Shown: one piece after another, positions 46,401-57,800 of the stretch
How positions within the stretch are numbered: the stretch's first letter is position 1
How the letters are laid out: every line of letters begins with the position of its first letter
DNA from: a virus
Length of the DNA stretch: 64,000 nucleotides
IMG/VR virus record: IMGVR_UViG_3300021138_002231
Coordinates: 1-64,000 of that record
Strand: one strand, 5' to 3'
Position numbers and translations under genes: made by a program
Notes under the pieces: model-generated
What the model was told of the DNA's origin: nothing
Seen by the model: only the letters and a program-made list of their open reading frames with translations
Database searches by the model: none

Positions 46401-48812
46401 AAGCACATGATTACCAGCAGAAAGATTGACTCCATCAATTATAGTTGGCAATGTACTTGTAAAATCAATTGATGAAACAGTTGCTACTGTGATTGTTGTC
46501 GTTAAAGTATTAAATGATCCAGTAAAGGGATTAGTCCAAGTGGTATTCCCTTCCCCATCATTATAGTAATAAGATGAATTACTTATAGCAACATAAGAGT
46601 CTGTCCACCATAAAAGGCTATTATTTTCTTTATTCCATCGAAATCCTTTGGGTATATCAGTAGTAATACGTTTCATATAGCTAGAATCCCCATAAAAGAA
46701 TCCAGCATCACAACCAATATATAATGTTTTGTTAAATGATTTTGTGACTTCACCAGTGTCGGAATTGGTTGATTGATTTACTGTTACTATTTCTTGTATA
46801 GCATAAATTGTTCCAATAATTTCTGGTGAAAGTTCATTGTCACTTTCATTGTACCAGTTACTAAAAGCCGCGCCCCAACTCCAATCATTTTGAGTTTGTC
46901 CACTTTGTTGATTAATAGAAAATAATCCTTGATTTGTACCTAGATAAAGATTAGAAGACCAGTTAGACTTTGCAGTTGATGTCTCTTGAACATCATCTCG
47001 TTGACTTGAAGCATAAAATGATGTCGCATAAAATGGATTAGAATTGTTTAAAATCGGCATTTTAAGCATATGCCAAGATAATCCCGCGTCCACGGTATAC
47101 CATACTTTACCCACAACATTTGAATTGCTTATATTAGATAATGCCCATGTTGTATGAAAATGATTTTCATAAGTATCTGCTGGTAATATTTCATCAATAA
47201 AATATATAGGCTGACCATTATCAATATTCCAAGATAAAGAGTAATTTGTATTAATATAATCTGATGTTTGTATTAATCCGCGCTTGGTTCCCAGTAAAAC
47301 AGAAGGATTTATATTTTGACTTGAATAAACATTAAAAACTTCTGTTCCATATTGCAATGCTTGATTTGGAATTTCAGGATAAAATGTTACATGATCTCCT
47401 TCTGGCAATAATCTCAAAGAAGGCTTTAAATATGCAGGCGCTTTATATCTAAATTGTCCAACGTGATCCAAACCAATAATTCTTTTTTGATCTAATGTTC
47501 CTCTAGTAAATGTAGATGCATCAATATCTGCAACTCTTTTACCCGATAATTTTCCTGTAATTTGTATCCCAATATGCGTAATAATAATAGATAAATCTGA
47601 ATTTTGATAAGTACTTAAGGCTGGATTAAATTCACTAGGATTATTGAACATCAGCCTGCCATTTGACGAATCTATGGTATATAAATTTGAGTTTAATAAA
47701 TTGCCTTTTAAATAAACCTCTGCTGGTAAATATAAAGCATCACTCCATTTATATGTGACTTGTACTGTGTTTCCGTTAGAGTCTGTAGAGGTTGTGCCAT
47801 CTGTTAAATAAATCCAATTAGGCACATTGGAAGAGGATAGACTAGAACCATCTTGGATAAAAAGTTTAACTTGAGGAGATAAAGGTAAAATAACCTGAAT
47901 AGTTGAATTTTTTGGCACACTATTTTTTAAATACAAAATACCAGTTGATGGCACCAGACTATAATCTGATTTAAGTAATTCTACATTATTTAATCTAACT
48001 TGAGGAATGCCGTAATTTGATGTTTTCCAAGTAAATAAATTACCAGAACTGTCTTCTATGGTAAAAATATCACTTCCTTCTGGTGCAACAGCATTTAAAA
48101 TAAGTTGACTTGATAAATTAATTTTACTTGGATGATTTGCCCCGCCAAGATGAACATGGTGATAAAATGTTTGTTTTAAGGCTGCTTGTAAAGCACCTGC
48201 TAGATTTTTTAAATCATTATAATAATTAGAATCTTGTGTGATAGATAAAATGGCAGGCAAATGTGTGACTGAATCTGTTGTTACTTCAACTGTCGCAAGA
48301 TATGTAGCATTAGTTAAAGAAAGATAATCTGGTACATCTAAAGTAGATACACTTATACTTGCTACACCTTCTGTTTGTAAACAAAATGCATCTTGCGCCC
48401 AAACATAATAAACATTATCGGATGTAAGTCTAAAATAATAGTTGTAGTTTGTTTGAGCTGCATATACTCCAACAATTCCTTTGCCAATAGACACTTGAAT
48501 AACTTGTTTCCATTGATTTTCATCAGAATTATTAGTAATATTCAATGATAAATATTGTTGATTCATAAAAGAATCAATTGGTGCATTTATTAATACATTT
48601 CTTGCATCAATAATGGCATTATCTGTGGTAGAGTTTCCTGTTAAAGCCATAGAAGTGACTTGCCAACCACTTAAGACACCAGGACCAACAAATTTATATA
48701 AACCAGATAATTCATTTTCAATAGTATCCATATTTTCTTGGTCAAAACCAGGATACCATATATTACCCGTTTCTAGTTCATAAAAATTATAAAATTTACT
48801 TATCTGTGCCAT
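40455..48812 (-). CDS. Giant (2785 aa) putative virion/tail protein with beta-propeller (Asp-box), vWA and Ig-like regions
   Basis: SIDYGDTW/TVDAGLSW boxes, repeated GT..G[LV] blades, IDDSNS MIDAS plus FADGDD, IDG..L..G..VLVKNQ....QNGIY tail-fibre-type motif. Confidence 0.7.
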   Translation of the reverse strand: MAQISKFYNFYELETGNIWYPGFDQENMDTIENELSGLYKFVGPGVLSGWQVTSMALTGNSTTDNAIIDARNVLINAPIDSFMNQQYLSLNITNNSDENQWKQVIQVSIGKGIVGVYAAQTNYNYYFRLTSDNVYYVWAQDAFCLQTEGVASISVSTLDVPDYLSLTNATYLATVEVTTDSVTHLPAILSITQDSNYYNDLKNLAGALQAALKQTFYHHVHLGGANHPSKINLSSQLILNAVAPEGSDIFTIEDSSGNLFTWKTSNYGIPQVRLNNVELLKSDYSLVPSTGILYLKNSVPKNSTIQVILPLSPQVKLFIQDGSSLSSSNVPNWIYLTDGTTSTDSNGNTVQVTYKWSDALYLPAEVYLKGNLLNSNLYTIDSSNGRLMFNNPSEFNPALSTYQNSDLSIIITHIGIQITGKLSGKRVADIDASTFTRGTLDQKRIIGLDHVGQFRYKAPAYLKPSLRLLPEGDHVTFYPEIPNQALQYGTEVFNVYSSQNINPSVLLGTKRGLIQTSDYINTNYSLSWNIDNGQPIYFIDEILPADTYENHFHTTWALSNISNSNVVGKVWYTVDAGLSWHMLKMPILNNSNPFYATSFYASSQRDDVQETSTAKSNWSSNLYLGTNQGLFSINQQSGQTQNDWSWGAAFSNWYNESDNELSPEIIGTIYAIQEIVTVNQSTNSDTGEVTKSFNKTLYIGCDAGFFYGDSSYMKRITTDIPKGFRWNKENNSLLWWTDSYVAISNSSYYYNDGEGNTTWTNPFTGSFNTLTTTITVATVSSIDFTSTLPTIIDGVNLSAGNHVLVKNQYIDTTQNGIYLVNNDGTWTKTSDVLNNNTQPQVTVLNGTVNAGSVWYVEQRSDIIWKIKIFKLQSSQNDEIFTSMADHGTEYFAGTTQNIYYISEQFSVGAQPYVSQLSWNNTNQGKINSLIFRNNSQSSKGQLIAGTPRGLWIANLSLSNTTDNNSITIIAWTRTSYQFSSNNQKPTIYNNHDLSMVSWSDYNFSSIDYNTQAFIFNSSPRYGSTYVYEKDYTHFYTLPWNSADAQVIVYVNNIISTINYTLNPDLGLIIFNQSLSPSDAQNVSITVIRLGAYINNVGLTPHEELPNSLVAETIAATKLSTALTATSTTISVVNPRALPSETQYIQIVSSATSVRVPIYIDPLTYAITIVGPSPVVSTLPIGSQVFIVTPKTILGIEDKITQVQTNETYHFNSIANQNLLRFAMSMTNQYSNLYSNFYNPISVSGTKSSLGLVNTVLLNLDQAPSPLDPKATNSSFYVGWIPSAADTPVSPQTIYNIYNPSQSGDGMIVGTDQGVWIYQNNTWNKQSILGGAARTYFFKHYTNGLGNPLMVGTDNGAWLQTGNEWSSDPTYSQVIFDYLSGNWNTSDANGNSTISGTFEAFGKDDGLAFIYTKTGSSTFISDHFDTVDGYRVYGVYHDTFIRLSTDSQGNTQQIPTDALYLCTEKGLYGTTFGSRGGTYSSLLTGREMFGNTISNGVKYYKIFRPLATPPATKTPIPFKILTSNGIYTVRNWRWCDPDPTQSDLLNFYVESHQLQGLSCNCYVQFTVSGTPGKSLTFIGTNKVIYRSFDESTSFEICEKIAGGDTAVYDLQHFSVTFLDTYVSSPTYNQIVTKDLILAGTELGLYYSIDYGDTWYRSDEPTLEGYVPINYASKITSVIPFDDGYLAETFKTSTGLKKIYKISIYVSLKDHYLNSTSQANSQNNYLTAAIYSTDSNGYPTNTTIGMTQLDIDTLITEGYLPAGWTTTSQDQLLASDVQYEGFYSLNVAANLPDDTSTYALVIKENVASGAEPCFNWQVSALSHPYSDGLALTGGITPNWATLTPGDKNFFFKVFMVQPVTTTTVYEPVGYKDNTLPVGFLTGESYGSVVVTDDGSLTTDSKFAIALTIDDSNSIKWSDSIDGITSNLYHVENIQNLIDMLFNRTKTQVNGSDFYPTFADWWQYGTSSLERTDGFSNVLSSFDTYALALRENGVYSYLYDTANLSASGISPEAIVNAIINKNYNESQIQFIVNEIVQYHIDRNMLRLNDIQDWYETQFISDWDGTSGGIAASPTVRNYLIQRWANTFTPLFFVFADGDDNGMNAQTASQVGLTAFTSWNGLGANTSIFALDRSSNLTGLRTITDETNGNLFDINSANASTDWSNAINSLLHGGVNDVFTATWNKNYDFEEGIWLENVNATFSAPTGTISNSSCIIKVRWTQDRLNWSGWQTLTSGTPLTVQALVLGIQYVINMTDGWTLISGIYSAVKPIITELYHTQILPSYEYLITYPYDINGLLFEEILTIEAVIPKTAKLNWGICRGDITDFNYYEHIINGRNGVLPNRQVSLLFTKEIDRLNLATIAAPGGTTTDGVLIYQVIDSSGNPVTWSTTDEVSVYIQGYSKPIDNTNGVYALDGAHGYIIFRQAQSFSAVFTVNIITPAKLYENAGENTVTYDNRTYYLINGKWPVDSEIVVLLNNSIVRGNYFANNENGTITFKKELERTDVVTVYIQPSSKFRIGVEIVNYSDVPVDIKNFGLMYTTQNSTNLQQLLSQSDPPYISGFVTLQPSPASIYDQIYINYIYASHTGNEERNTQTTWWLKRTGLSGAINDGNGFVQITAGNGLPEYNNRTVERLDDIGSLFQLHDQLYVIVTPCDGYNLGDPVVSNTITLGAKYKPYVTNVAITSPNQTTVNNVVYVPANTELTASYIYNDGNGGGDQNISGIANNNIIYWYSKDSNLPLNSNDPVDGVYTAILPANMVKSGMVINYIITPYNGTLYGNPISSGYVTVQ

Positions 48813-48835
48813 CTGTGACTCACAATATTAGACTT

Positions 48836-51800
48836 TTAATGATTATACAAATAATCCATGATATTCATGTCTACTGGACCATCATCAAGCATAACTGCCC
48901 AATCATAAACAATCGCTGGATTAGTTCCTACAGAAACAAGAAGTATAGCAAATCTAATATATTGCGATGCCTCGGGTAATTCAAATACTGTATTAGGTGT
49001 TATAATGTTATATTGTGTAAAGTCAAAAGTATTTCCTGCCGTTGGGTCAGTTATATATCCAAAAACAACTTGTCCACCATTGGTAATATAATCGGCAGCT
49101 AATAGTCCTCTTCTAATCTGAGGTGCGCTAATATCACTAGAATAAATAGATGTATCAAATAATGCAGAGAAGAAGTAACTTGCATTAGCAGATGAATATG
49201 TTAAAGTAACATTTTTAATTATTGGTGCAAAATTTTGAGAAGCACTTGACATGACTAATTTATATTGTAACCATTTTCCAGATAGTGTTGCAATATTAAA
49301 TGTATTGGTAATATATCCAGTTCCGCCGCTAATTGTGTCAGTTATATTATTTATATCAAATGGACTACCCCAATCTGCGCTAAGACATTGTGCTCTTGTA
49401 TTACCAGTTCTAACATAAATTTTAATACCAGTTCCTTGCATTAATCCATTTCCTACTGTAGCACCGACTGGGTATTGTGCTAATGTAGAAATATTACTCC
49501 ATGTAGTAAGTGTTGGCGCATAGAATGGTTGAGATTCATAAATTGCTTGTTGTTCTATTAATCTATCGGGTGCATATAATGCGCTTGAAACAGATGAAGA
49601 GAATATAGCGGCTGTTGATTTATCAGCATGTACTTGATAAATTGTTCCATTAGATATTTTAACACCGTTAATAGTTGGTGAATCTTGAACAATATCGTCG
49701 CTATATCCTGGCAATGGTGTAACATTGCCAGCGGCATCTTTAAACAACGCATAAGCGTATCGTTCAGTTTGTCCTATTTGTGATGGATCAAGAATATATA
49801 AATTCCCATCAGCTATTCCAGCAAATAATCTTGCTCCAATATATGCCAAATCACGAACATTATTTGGCAATCCTAAAGATGTAGACGGTACCAATTCTTT
49901 AGAAATAGTATTGGAAGACCAGTATAGTTTAATGCCAGGATGTGATTCTGAACCCAAATAATATTCAATTCTAATAGAAGTCCATTGTCCTGATACCATT
50001 GTAGCTATGCCAGTATATTCAGTTATTGATGAGTTATTTTTCCATGCGTCAATGATTAATTCCCCTCCTATATATAATCTTGCACCATCGCTAATATCAA
50101 GATAGAATGTATAATTTTCACTAGTTGACGTTTGAATATATCCTTCCCAAACCGTATTGATATATGAACTGTTAACTCCACTTGGGAAAGTATTATCCCA
50201 ATTAATAGGTCCGTCTTCTACAATAATTTGATTTGCGCCAATGCCAACATATTGATAATTAGAAGCATCGGAATTTGTCCATGTGGACATTAATCCTCCA
50301 GAAACAATAGAAGGTGAATCAATTGGATAATATGTATTGGAATTTGCTACATATCCAATCAATCCTGTATCTGTAGCAGACCAGAAATAATTACCTGACG
50401 GATCATCTTCCATAGCATAAAATACATTCGCATCACTAACATAACTTTTAGACCAAGATTGAGGTTTGCCATTTGAGAACGATAATTGCATAATGTAGCC
50501 ATTACTTAATCCAGCATATAATTTACCGTTAGCGGTCGCATGTAGCAATGTATATACAGCATCTGTATTAGAAGTTAAAGTTAATGTCCATTGTATGTTA
50601 TCGAATTGATAAATAGCACCAGCATTTAATCCCGTTACTCCACCAAGCGCGACATATAAATAATTTCCAACCGAAGCAAGTGCGTAAATGTATGGTTGAT
50701 TAAATGTTCTATTCAATGATAAAATATTATTAGTGTAATAATAAAGACTAGATTTACCCGACGAATTTGGTCCAGTTCCTATAAATAATGCACTATTATA
50801 AGAAGTCAAAGATATAATAGATAATGCGTTTGGTATAGTGAATAATGTAGTGTAATTTGCACCAGAATTAGAAGATAACACGACACCATTACTTAAGCCA
50901 ACATAAAGATTATTTTGATGTATTGTTAAAGCATTAATAACTATATTTGCGCTTGGAACAGTATAAGTATTTGTTATATTTCCATTTGTTTTGTATAAAT
51001 AAAGTTTATTACTTGTGGCGATGACAATTCCTGCTCCAAATTGAATCATTTTCTTAATCTGTCCCGAAACAGAAGCACCTTGTAACTTCCAAGTTTGATT
51101 GGAATTAATTAAATTCCAATCAAACTCAGAGAGTCCATCCTCAATCTGGACCCATCCACTAGAATCAGCACCAGGAAAATCAGTAGCATCTCTAAAGTCA
51201 CTATATCGTGAAAATTTAGCCGCTACAACTCCAGATAATTTATCAGTCGCTGCAATGGAAAGTTTTGCACTTGTATTAGAAGCATAATAGTCACCCTTGT
51301 ATCGCATTCTAACAGCATAGAGCGACAATGCGGCACTAAATGTATATGTATAGTAATCAGTTGTTGCAGAATTTGCTATAATTGTGAATAATGAACTCCA
51401 ATCATCTGAAGCATTAATTTTAGCTTCAATAATATAATTTTTCGGTTTATTAGCTGTAACTCCCACTTCAATAAAAGAAATTTTATCTGCTGGATTATTA
51501 AAATAATAAGTTAATGATCTATAGTCATTAATTCCAAGTAATTCATATTCTCCTGGATTAGTAGCATCTCCAAAATATTGAGCTTTTCTAATTGCAACAC
51601 CGAATGGGTCTTCAAGTTCAATAGTTCCTTCTGCTATTGTTTTAGTAGAAGTCGTGATTAAATAAACAGGAATATCTCCTGTATTATATACCCAGTTAAT
51701 AATATCTTCACTTTGTGCAGTGACACCTGTTTCTAAAGCATGTCCCCCTAAAATAATTACTGGATTATTATTACCAATTGGCATATTACTTAATGCCATA

Positions 51801-54800
51801 ACTACCCAATAATTGGTGTTCGATTTTAATGTGTCTGTAAATGTAAATGCATATTCAGTGGAACTCGGGGTCAAAGTACTAAATAATAATTGATTAGATG
51901 AAGTGCTGATTCTACTTCCAACGGTATTGAAATCATCAGAATATAAATACATTTCTATATATTCACTACCGTTAGACGCCAAAGAAGATATTGATAATTT
52001 AACTGAAATAGAAGCTAATGTTTCAACACCTGGAGAGGCAAATTGAAAAGCATAATATTGTGTGTTAAACAATAATTGTTCTGTAACTGATGGTATTGTT
52101 GGTGTAGTGTCGGTATAAACAGCAAAATGATGTACTTGCATACCACCGCTTCCAGGATTCTCATTGATTATAATATCTCCCAATGGAGGTGTGGTGTCCA
52201 GAGATACTTGAGCAACAGGATAACCTATTCTATTTTCATATAAATCCCCCAATGCAGGATTAATGTTTAATCCTGCCCACACAACAGGGTCAAAAAATAT
52301 GTCATTGTAATATGAAACAAGATTTAAAACTGGTTGTGTAAATGAAGCAACCGAATTAGCAGGAATAAAAGAATCAGTTAGATTTCCTGGATTATATGTG
52401 ACAACAATTTCATCGCCATGTACTACCGAAGAATTTAAAGTTAATAATATTTGTGTAGGCGCATTAATTGTTTGAGATGTTATAGTAGCCGATGAGCCAT
52501 TAACTGTAACACCAAAGCCATTTAAAGACGAAGAACTAGTCAAAGGAGGAGCGTAAACTTCTGCAAAATTAATAAAAATCTGACTACCATCTATCGAAGT
52601 GTATGCATCAAAAAAAATTGGAGCCGTATTAACTGGACCATTGTTCTCTACAAAAACTGTTGTAGGCTGTAAATAATAATAAGGTGGAGCTGGAGAACTT
52701 CCTTTATATATATAACTTGTTGTAGATGCCGATGTATAGATTAATTCTACAATTTGATTTCTAGTAATTGGCTGTAATACATTTAAAGATAAAGTATAGG
52801 TATCATTTAATGTACTATAACTAATCGAGTTAATGACAACATTATTTCCATCAACAACAACACTGAATCCTAAAGGCGAACTAGGTAATACATATTCAGA
52901 CATTGTAACAATAATGGTTTCGCCATCTGATTGAAGTGATGCAGTTTTAATGTATGGAGGATTAGAGGACGATGTATTATTTGTAATTGAAACATTGAAA
53001 TCATAATTTGGCAAGTAATTAACAGGAACATTATTGTTATAAATATTGTCGCCGTGAGAATTACCAATGTAAGAATCATAACCTAATGTATATACTTTGT
53101 TATAACTTGTAGGATTGACACAAGTTAATTTAATTGTCATAGCCTGTGTATATAAGCCTATAGAATGAAATGAATCTACCTTAGCAGAACTAATATCAAA
53201 TGGCAAGCCATTTTCCAAAACAAAGAAACCCTCAACATTGGCACCAATTGTATGTGGATAAAGATTATAGTAATTATTATAAACACTGACATAAATATAT
53301 AGTCCATCGTCAGTAGTAGATGCGCTATTAATAAAAGGTATTGGGTTCAAGCTATTATTTAGTGTTTGAATTTTGCAGCTTGGATATGTAAATGGAGGGA
53401 AATCTACATTTAATTCTCTTCCAGTATAAATATTTGATCCATGCTGATCACCTTTGAAATAATTTGTACCAGAAGATGGGCGGTCATATTGAATATATAA
53501 TAATTTTGTATTATCAACCTGGTAGGATGTTAATGATATAGTATAAACATTAGAAGCTTTACTAAGTGTATATTGTGTACTATCAAGAGATGTAACGCCA
53601 GAATCAGTAATTACATTAACATATAAACCATCTGGGTCAAGTCCACTGACAGTGTTAATATCAGGCATATATGTTAATGTGATTGTTTTGCCATCAATTG
53701 CGCAAGATGACGTTGCGATATTATTAAAGACCTGTATATCGGTAAATGTTCCGCCATGTAATGCGGTACTGTTAGAATTAGTGATTGGAGTAAATCCAGT
53801 TGGATCATAAGAAACATAATAATCTGATTGAGAAAGAACTCCAGATGTTACAGACAATTCAATAGAACTAAAATTGCCATTAGATGTTTTATATGTAGCA
53901 GTAGTAGCAATAACATTACTTTGATTGTCTTTTAATGTAAAACCATTAATGGGGCCAGAAGATGGAATAATACCAGGATATTCTGTAAAAAATTGGATAT
54001 CTACACTAGATTCTGATACATAATTATTATTATCAAATCCAGTATGTGCAAAAGCCACATAAAATCTATCTAATTCGCTATTATTCTCTGCAACATAACC
54101 TGTGAATCCTTGTAATTGTCTAGAAGAGTCTATATCTTCAATGGGATATGTTCCAATTGCATAATCTAATGTAACAATATCAGAAGGATATATTGTTGGA
54201 GTTCCTAAATCAATCACATAAACGTCTGGGCTTGGATGACTTACACTAGTGGTTAAAATTGTAACACTTGTGGTTGATCTTCCAAATGTGCCAGACATTA
54301 CGTATGAATTAATATTTACTGTAAATCCATCTGGATTATTTGGTGTTACGTTATTAAAATCTGACAACGTAACATGAATATATCTTCCATCATTTTGAAC
54401 AACAACATTAGATAATGTTGGATAAGTATTATTGACAACTGATTGGTTTGTAAAGGCGAATAGTTTATTAGCTGGAGTTTGTGAATTAGTAATAGAATTC
54501 GAGTTAGTTCCCTGAGGATTAGTTGGATTACTAACATAATAAGAATCTAAATAACTTACAGTTACAGTTCCACCAGCAACTAAATTACTTACAAGATTTA
54601 ATTGAATAGTTTTTCCAGAAGAATCGCCTGAATATTGAATAACACTAGAAACATTAAAAACATTTGTTCCTTGTTTGACTTGCCAAGCAGTATTTAAATC
54701 AGTTCCAGTAACGGTTGTTCCAACTGGAGAATTTAAAATAACTAAAACTTGGCTACCATCATTTGAAGTATATGCATTATCAAAAATTAAATGGCTTTGT

Positions 54801-57800
54801 AAACTGCTATTTATAGCAGACAAAGGTGTAACCAATGTCGCCATTTGTGTGCCAGACTCTGCTGAAACGACTTGAGATGTTCCTGGAATAGTATATCCAA
54901 TTGTAACTGAATCTTTATAATAAATAATTGGATTAGTTATATCTGTTATATTAATATAATATTGATTTAATGCCACTCCTGTTTGATCAATAGTGTAGTT
55001 AAGAGTGGTTGGGGAACCCCCTTGAGGAGTATAATTAACTGTAAACCCATTTGGACTTGTAGGACTAACGTCAGCATCAAATGTCAAGATAATTTGTGTG
55101 CCAGAAGATTGAACAATTGCTGTATTTAAAATTGGCGCAGCAGCATTATTAACGGCGAATGTTTGAGTGGTTAAAAATCCATATCCTGGACTTGTAGGGG
55201 AACCACTAAACGGCCCTGGATCAGTTTGCGCATCATGAATTCTTCCACCAGAATTCAAATCTGTATATGTTGCTTGAATTGTGGACCCAGGTGTTAAACT
55301 TGAAGCTAAAGTCAATTTGACAACACTATTATTAGTGCCTTGTAATGTCGCAGATGAAACCCCAATAGAGGATGGGCTTCCACCAACTGTTTCCTGTACA
55401 CTCCAACAACTGGCTAAAGTGCCTATCGCGGTCAAATTAGGTGCTGATGAATTTGAATTAAGATGAACATAAATATAATTGCCGTCTGCACTTGATGTTG
55501 TTGATGATGTATTAACTGTTATACTATTAACACGACTTCTATTAATAACAGGGAAGCTTGCTGTATATGGAGGAAAACCATTGGTTGTACCAACATAAGC
55601 ATCTGTTGTGGAATCAAGCGTGTATTGAATTGCCACAACATCACTATCATTTAATAAAATTGGCAATTGAATAGTTAAAGTATGGGAGTTTGGTGATAAT
55701 GTGACAGATGTTGGAGTAACTGGAGAAGAATTGACAGTTACTCCGATTCCAGAAGTGGAACTTATATTATTCACAAGAGTAAAAACAATTGTTGAATAAG
55801 TTAAACTTGTAGGATTGTCTGATGCAACAAAATCAGAAGCACAATAATTTAGTAAATTATAAACTTTTTGATTATTAACAGAACTTGGGTTTAATAGATT
55901 TCCTAATGAATCTTGAATGTTAGATGTATTTGGAGGACCATATGAAGAATTATAAGTTACTTTATAATTATCAGTCAAGTTAATACTTTGAGTTGGAATA
56001 GTCAATCGGACTGTCTTTGCATCTAATCCTGTGGTCCCTTTAATTATCTGGGCTGTTGGGGTAACGGTAGTAGAAAATCCAGAACCATGTTTAATAACCC
56101 AATTGATAATAGATGGATTAATGATGCTCAAAGGAGTATTAGATGTATTCAACACAACATCAATATAATTTCCGTCTGGAGTAATTGATGCATAATTAAA
56201 AGTTAAATTGTTAGATGTAGAACTATTTGTTACAGATATAGTAGAACTAGATAAATACACACTATTATGTATGTCTTTTGTCTTATTTGAATTTGTCGCA
56301 TTATACGTCAATTGAATCAAATGAGATTGCGCATATATAGGACTAGATAAATTAAATTGATATTTTGTTGTATCTACAAGCTTTGTTATTGATGAAATAG
56401 TTGAGGTTTTATCGACTCCGTCTACTGTTAGAGTAAAGCCTTGAACTGATCCAGCAGGGTTGTCTAGAGTGACGTTATCACTAAACGTTAAAACAATATA
56501 AGTTCCATCGACGCTTGAAGCAGCACTTGCCATTAAGGGAGCTATGACATTTGCTATTGGTGCGGCTGTGAAAGATTGCAATTGTTGCACTGGGCTAGAT
56601 GAGTCTTGAATATATGGAGACGCATGATTGTATGATAAAGTTAGTGTATCAGAAGGTGATAGAGCAGCTACGCTGGCTGTTATTTTTGCAGGCGAATTAG
56701 ATATCACATAAGAAAGCACGGATATTGGTGATCCATTTTTATATATTGTAAATTGCGGATTACCTGTTCCAGATTTAGAAATTGGAGGATTTGGAGTTGA
56801 CAAATATATTGAAATAGACGTTCCTGCACTATCTGTCGTAGCAGAACTAAAATTTAATAAAGATACAGTACTTAAATTACTCATATTAAATGAGCCATTT
56901 TGAATAGACATTCCAGAACGTTCATCTATTAATCCTAAATAATAATTGGGAGCTGAATAACTTACAGTAATTGTATCAGATGCTTTAATCGGACTTCCTA
57001 CAATATTTAAAGTAATTTGATTTGCCCATTCAATCGTTGTAGGCACAGTATATGTGGCAGGGCTTCCGCTAATATAAACCGCAAAAGGTGATCCAGTAAT
57101 AATAGAACTGTGTGAAATTTCATTAGAATACAGTGTAACTTGAGTTCCGTCCGCACTAACAATACCATTAAGATGGTCGTTAAAACACACGCAAATAGGA
57201 TTGTTATTATAATCTTTATTAAAGTTATGTAAAGGATTTCCAAGATAACCAGTATATAGATTATTTGATCCACCAGGTTGAGTATATGTTACATATAAAA
57301 TTTGACCTGTATTTAAAGAACTTAATGTTAAAGTTACTATGTCATTATTTGGATATGAATTTAATGATGTTGACGATATTGATATTGGTGAATCAGTTCC
57401 ATATTCATATACAGCAAATCCTTGTATCGCTCCAGAACCAGAATATGATAATAAATCAGAAAATATTACTTCAATAGTTTGTTTATCATTTTGCAAATAA
57501 GCATATTGAGGTATAGTGTAGCTTGTGCCATAAGTTGTTGTGGATATACTAATTGGCGATTCAAGTGTTTGTAATCTCACACTTGAATCCGCATAAGCAC
57601 TCACAGAATCAGAAAGTGATTTATTATAAAATAATGTTAAAGTACTTCCAGCTCTGATTAATCTATTTTGATTTAAAACTAATTGAATTTGATTGATACT
57701 ATATGACGGAGTAAACGCCCAATATGGCATTTTAATTCCATCAATATAAATTTCAAAACCAGTATAAGGTAAAGTAGAAGAATAGTTAATATTTTCTGAT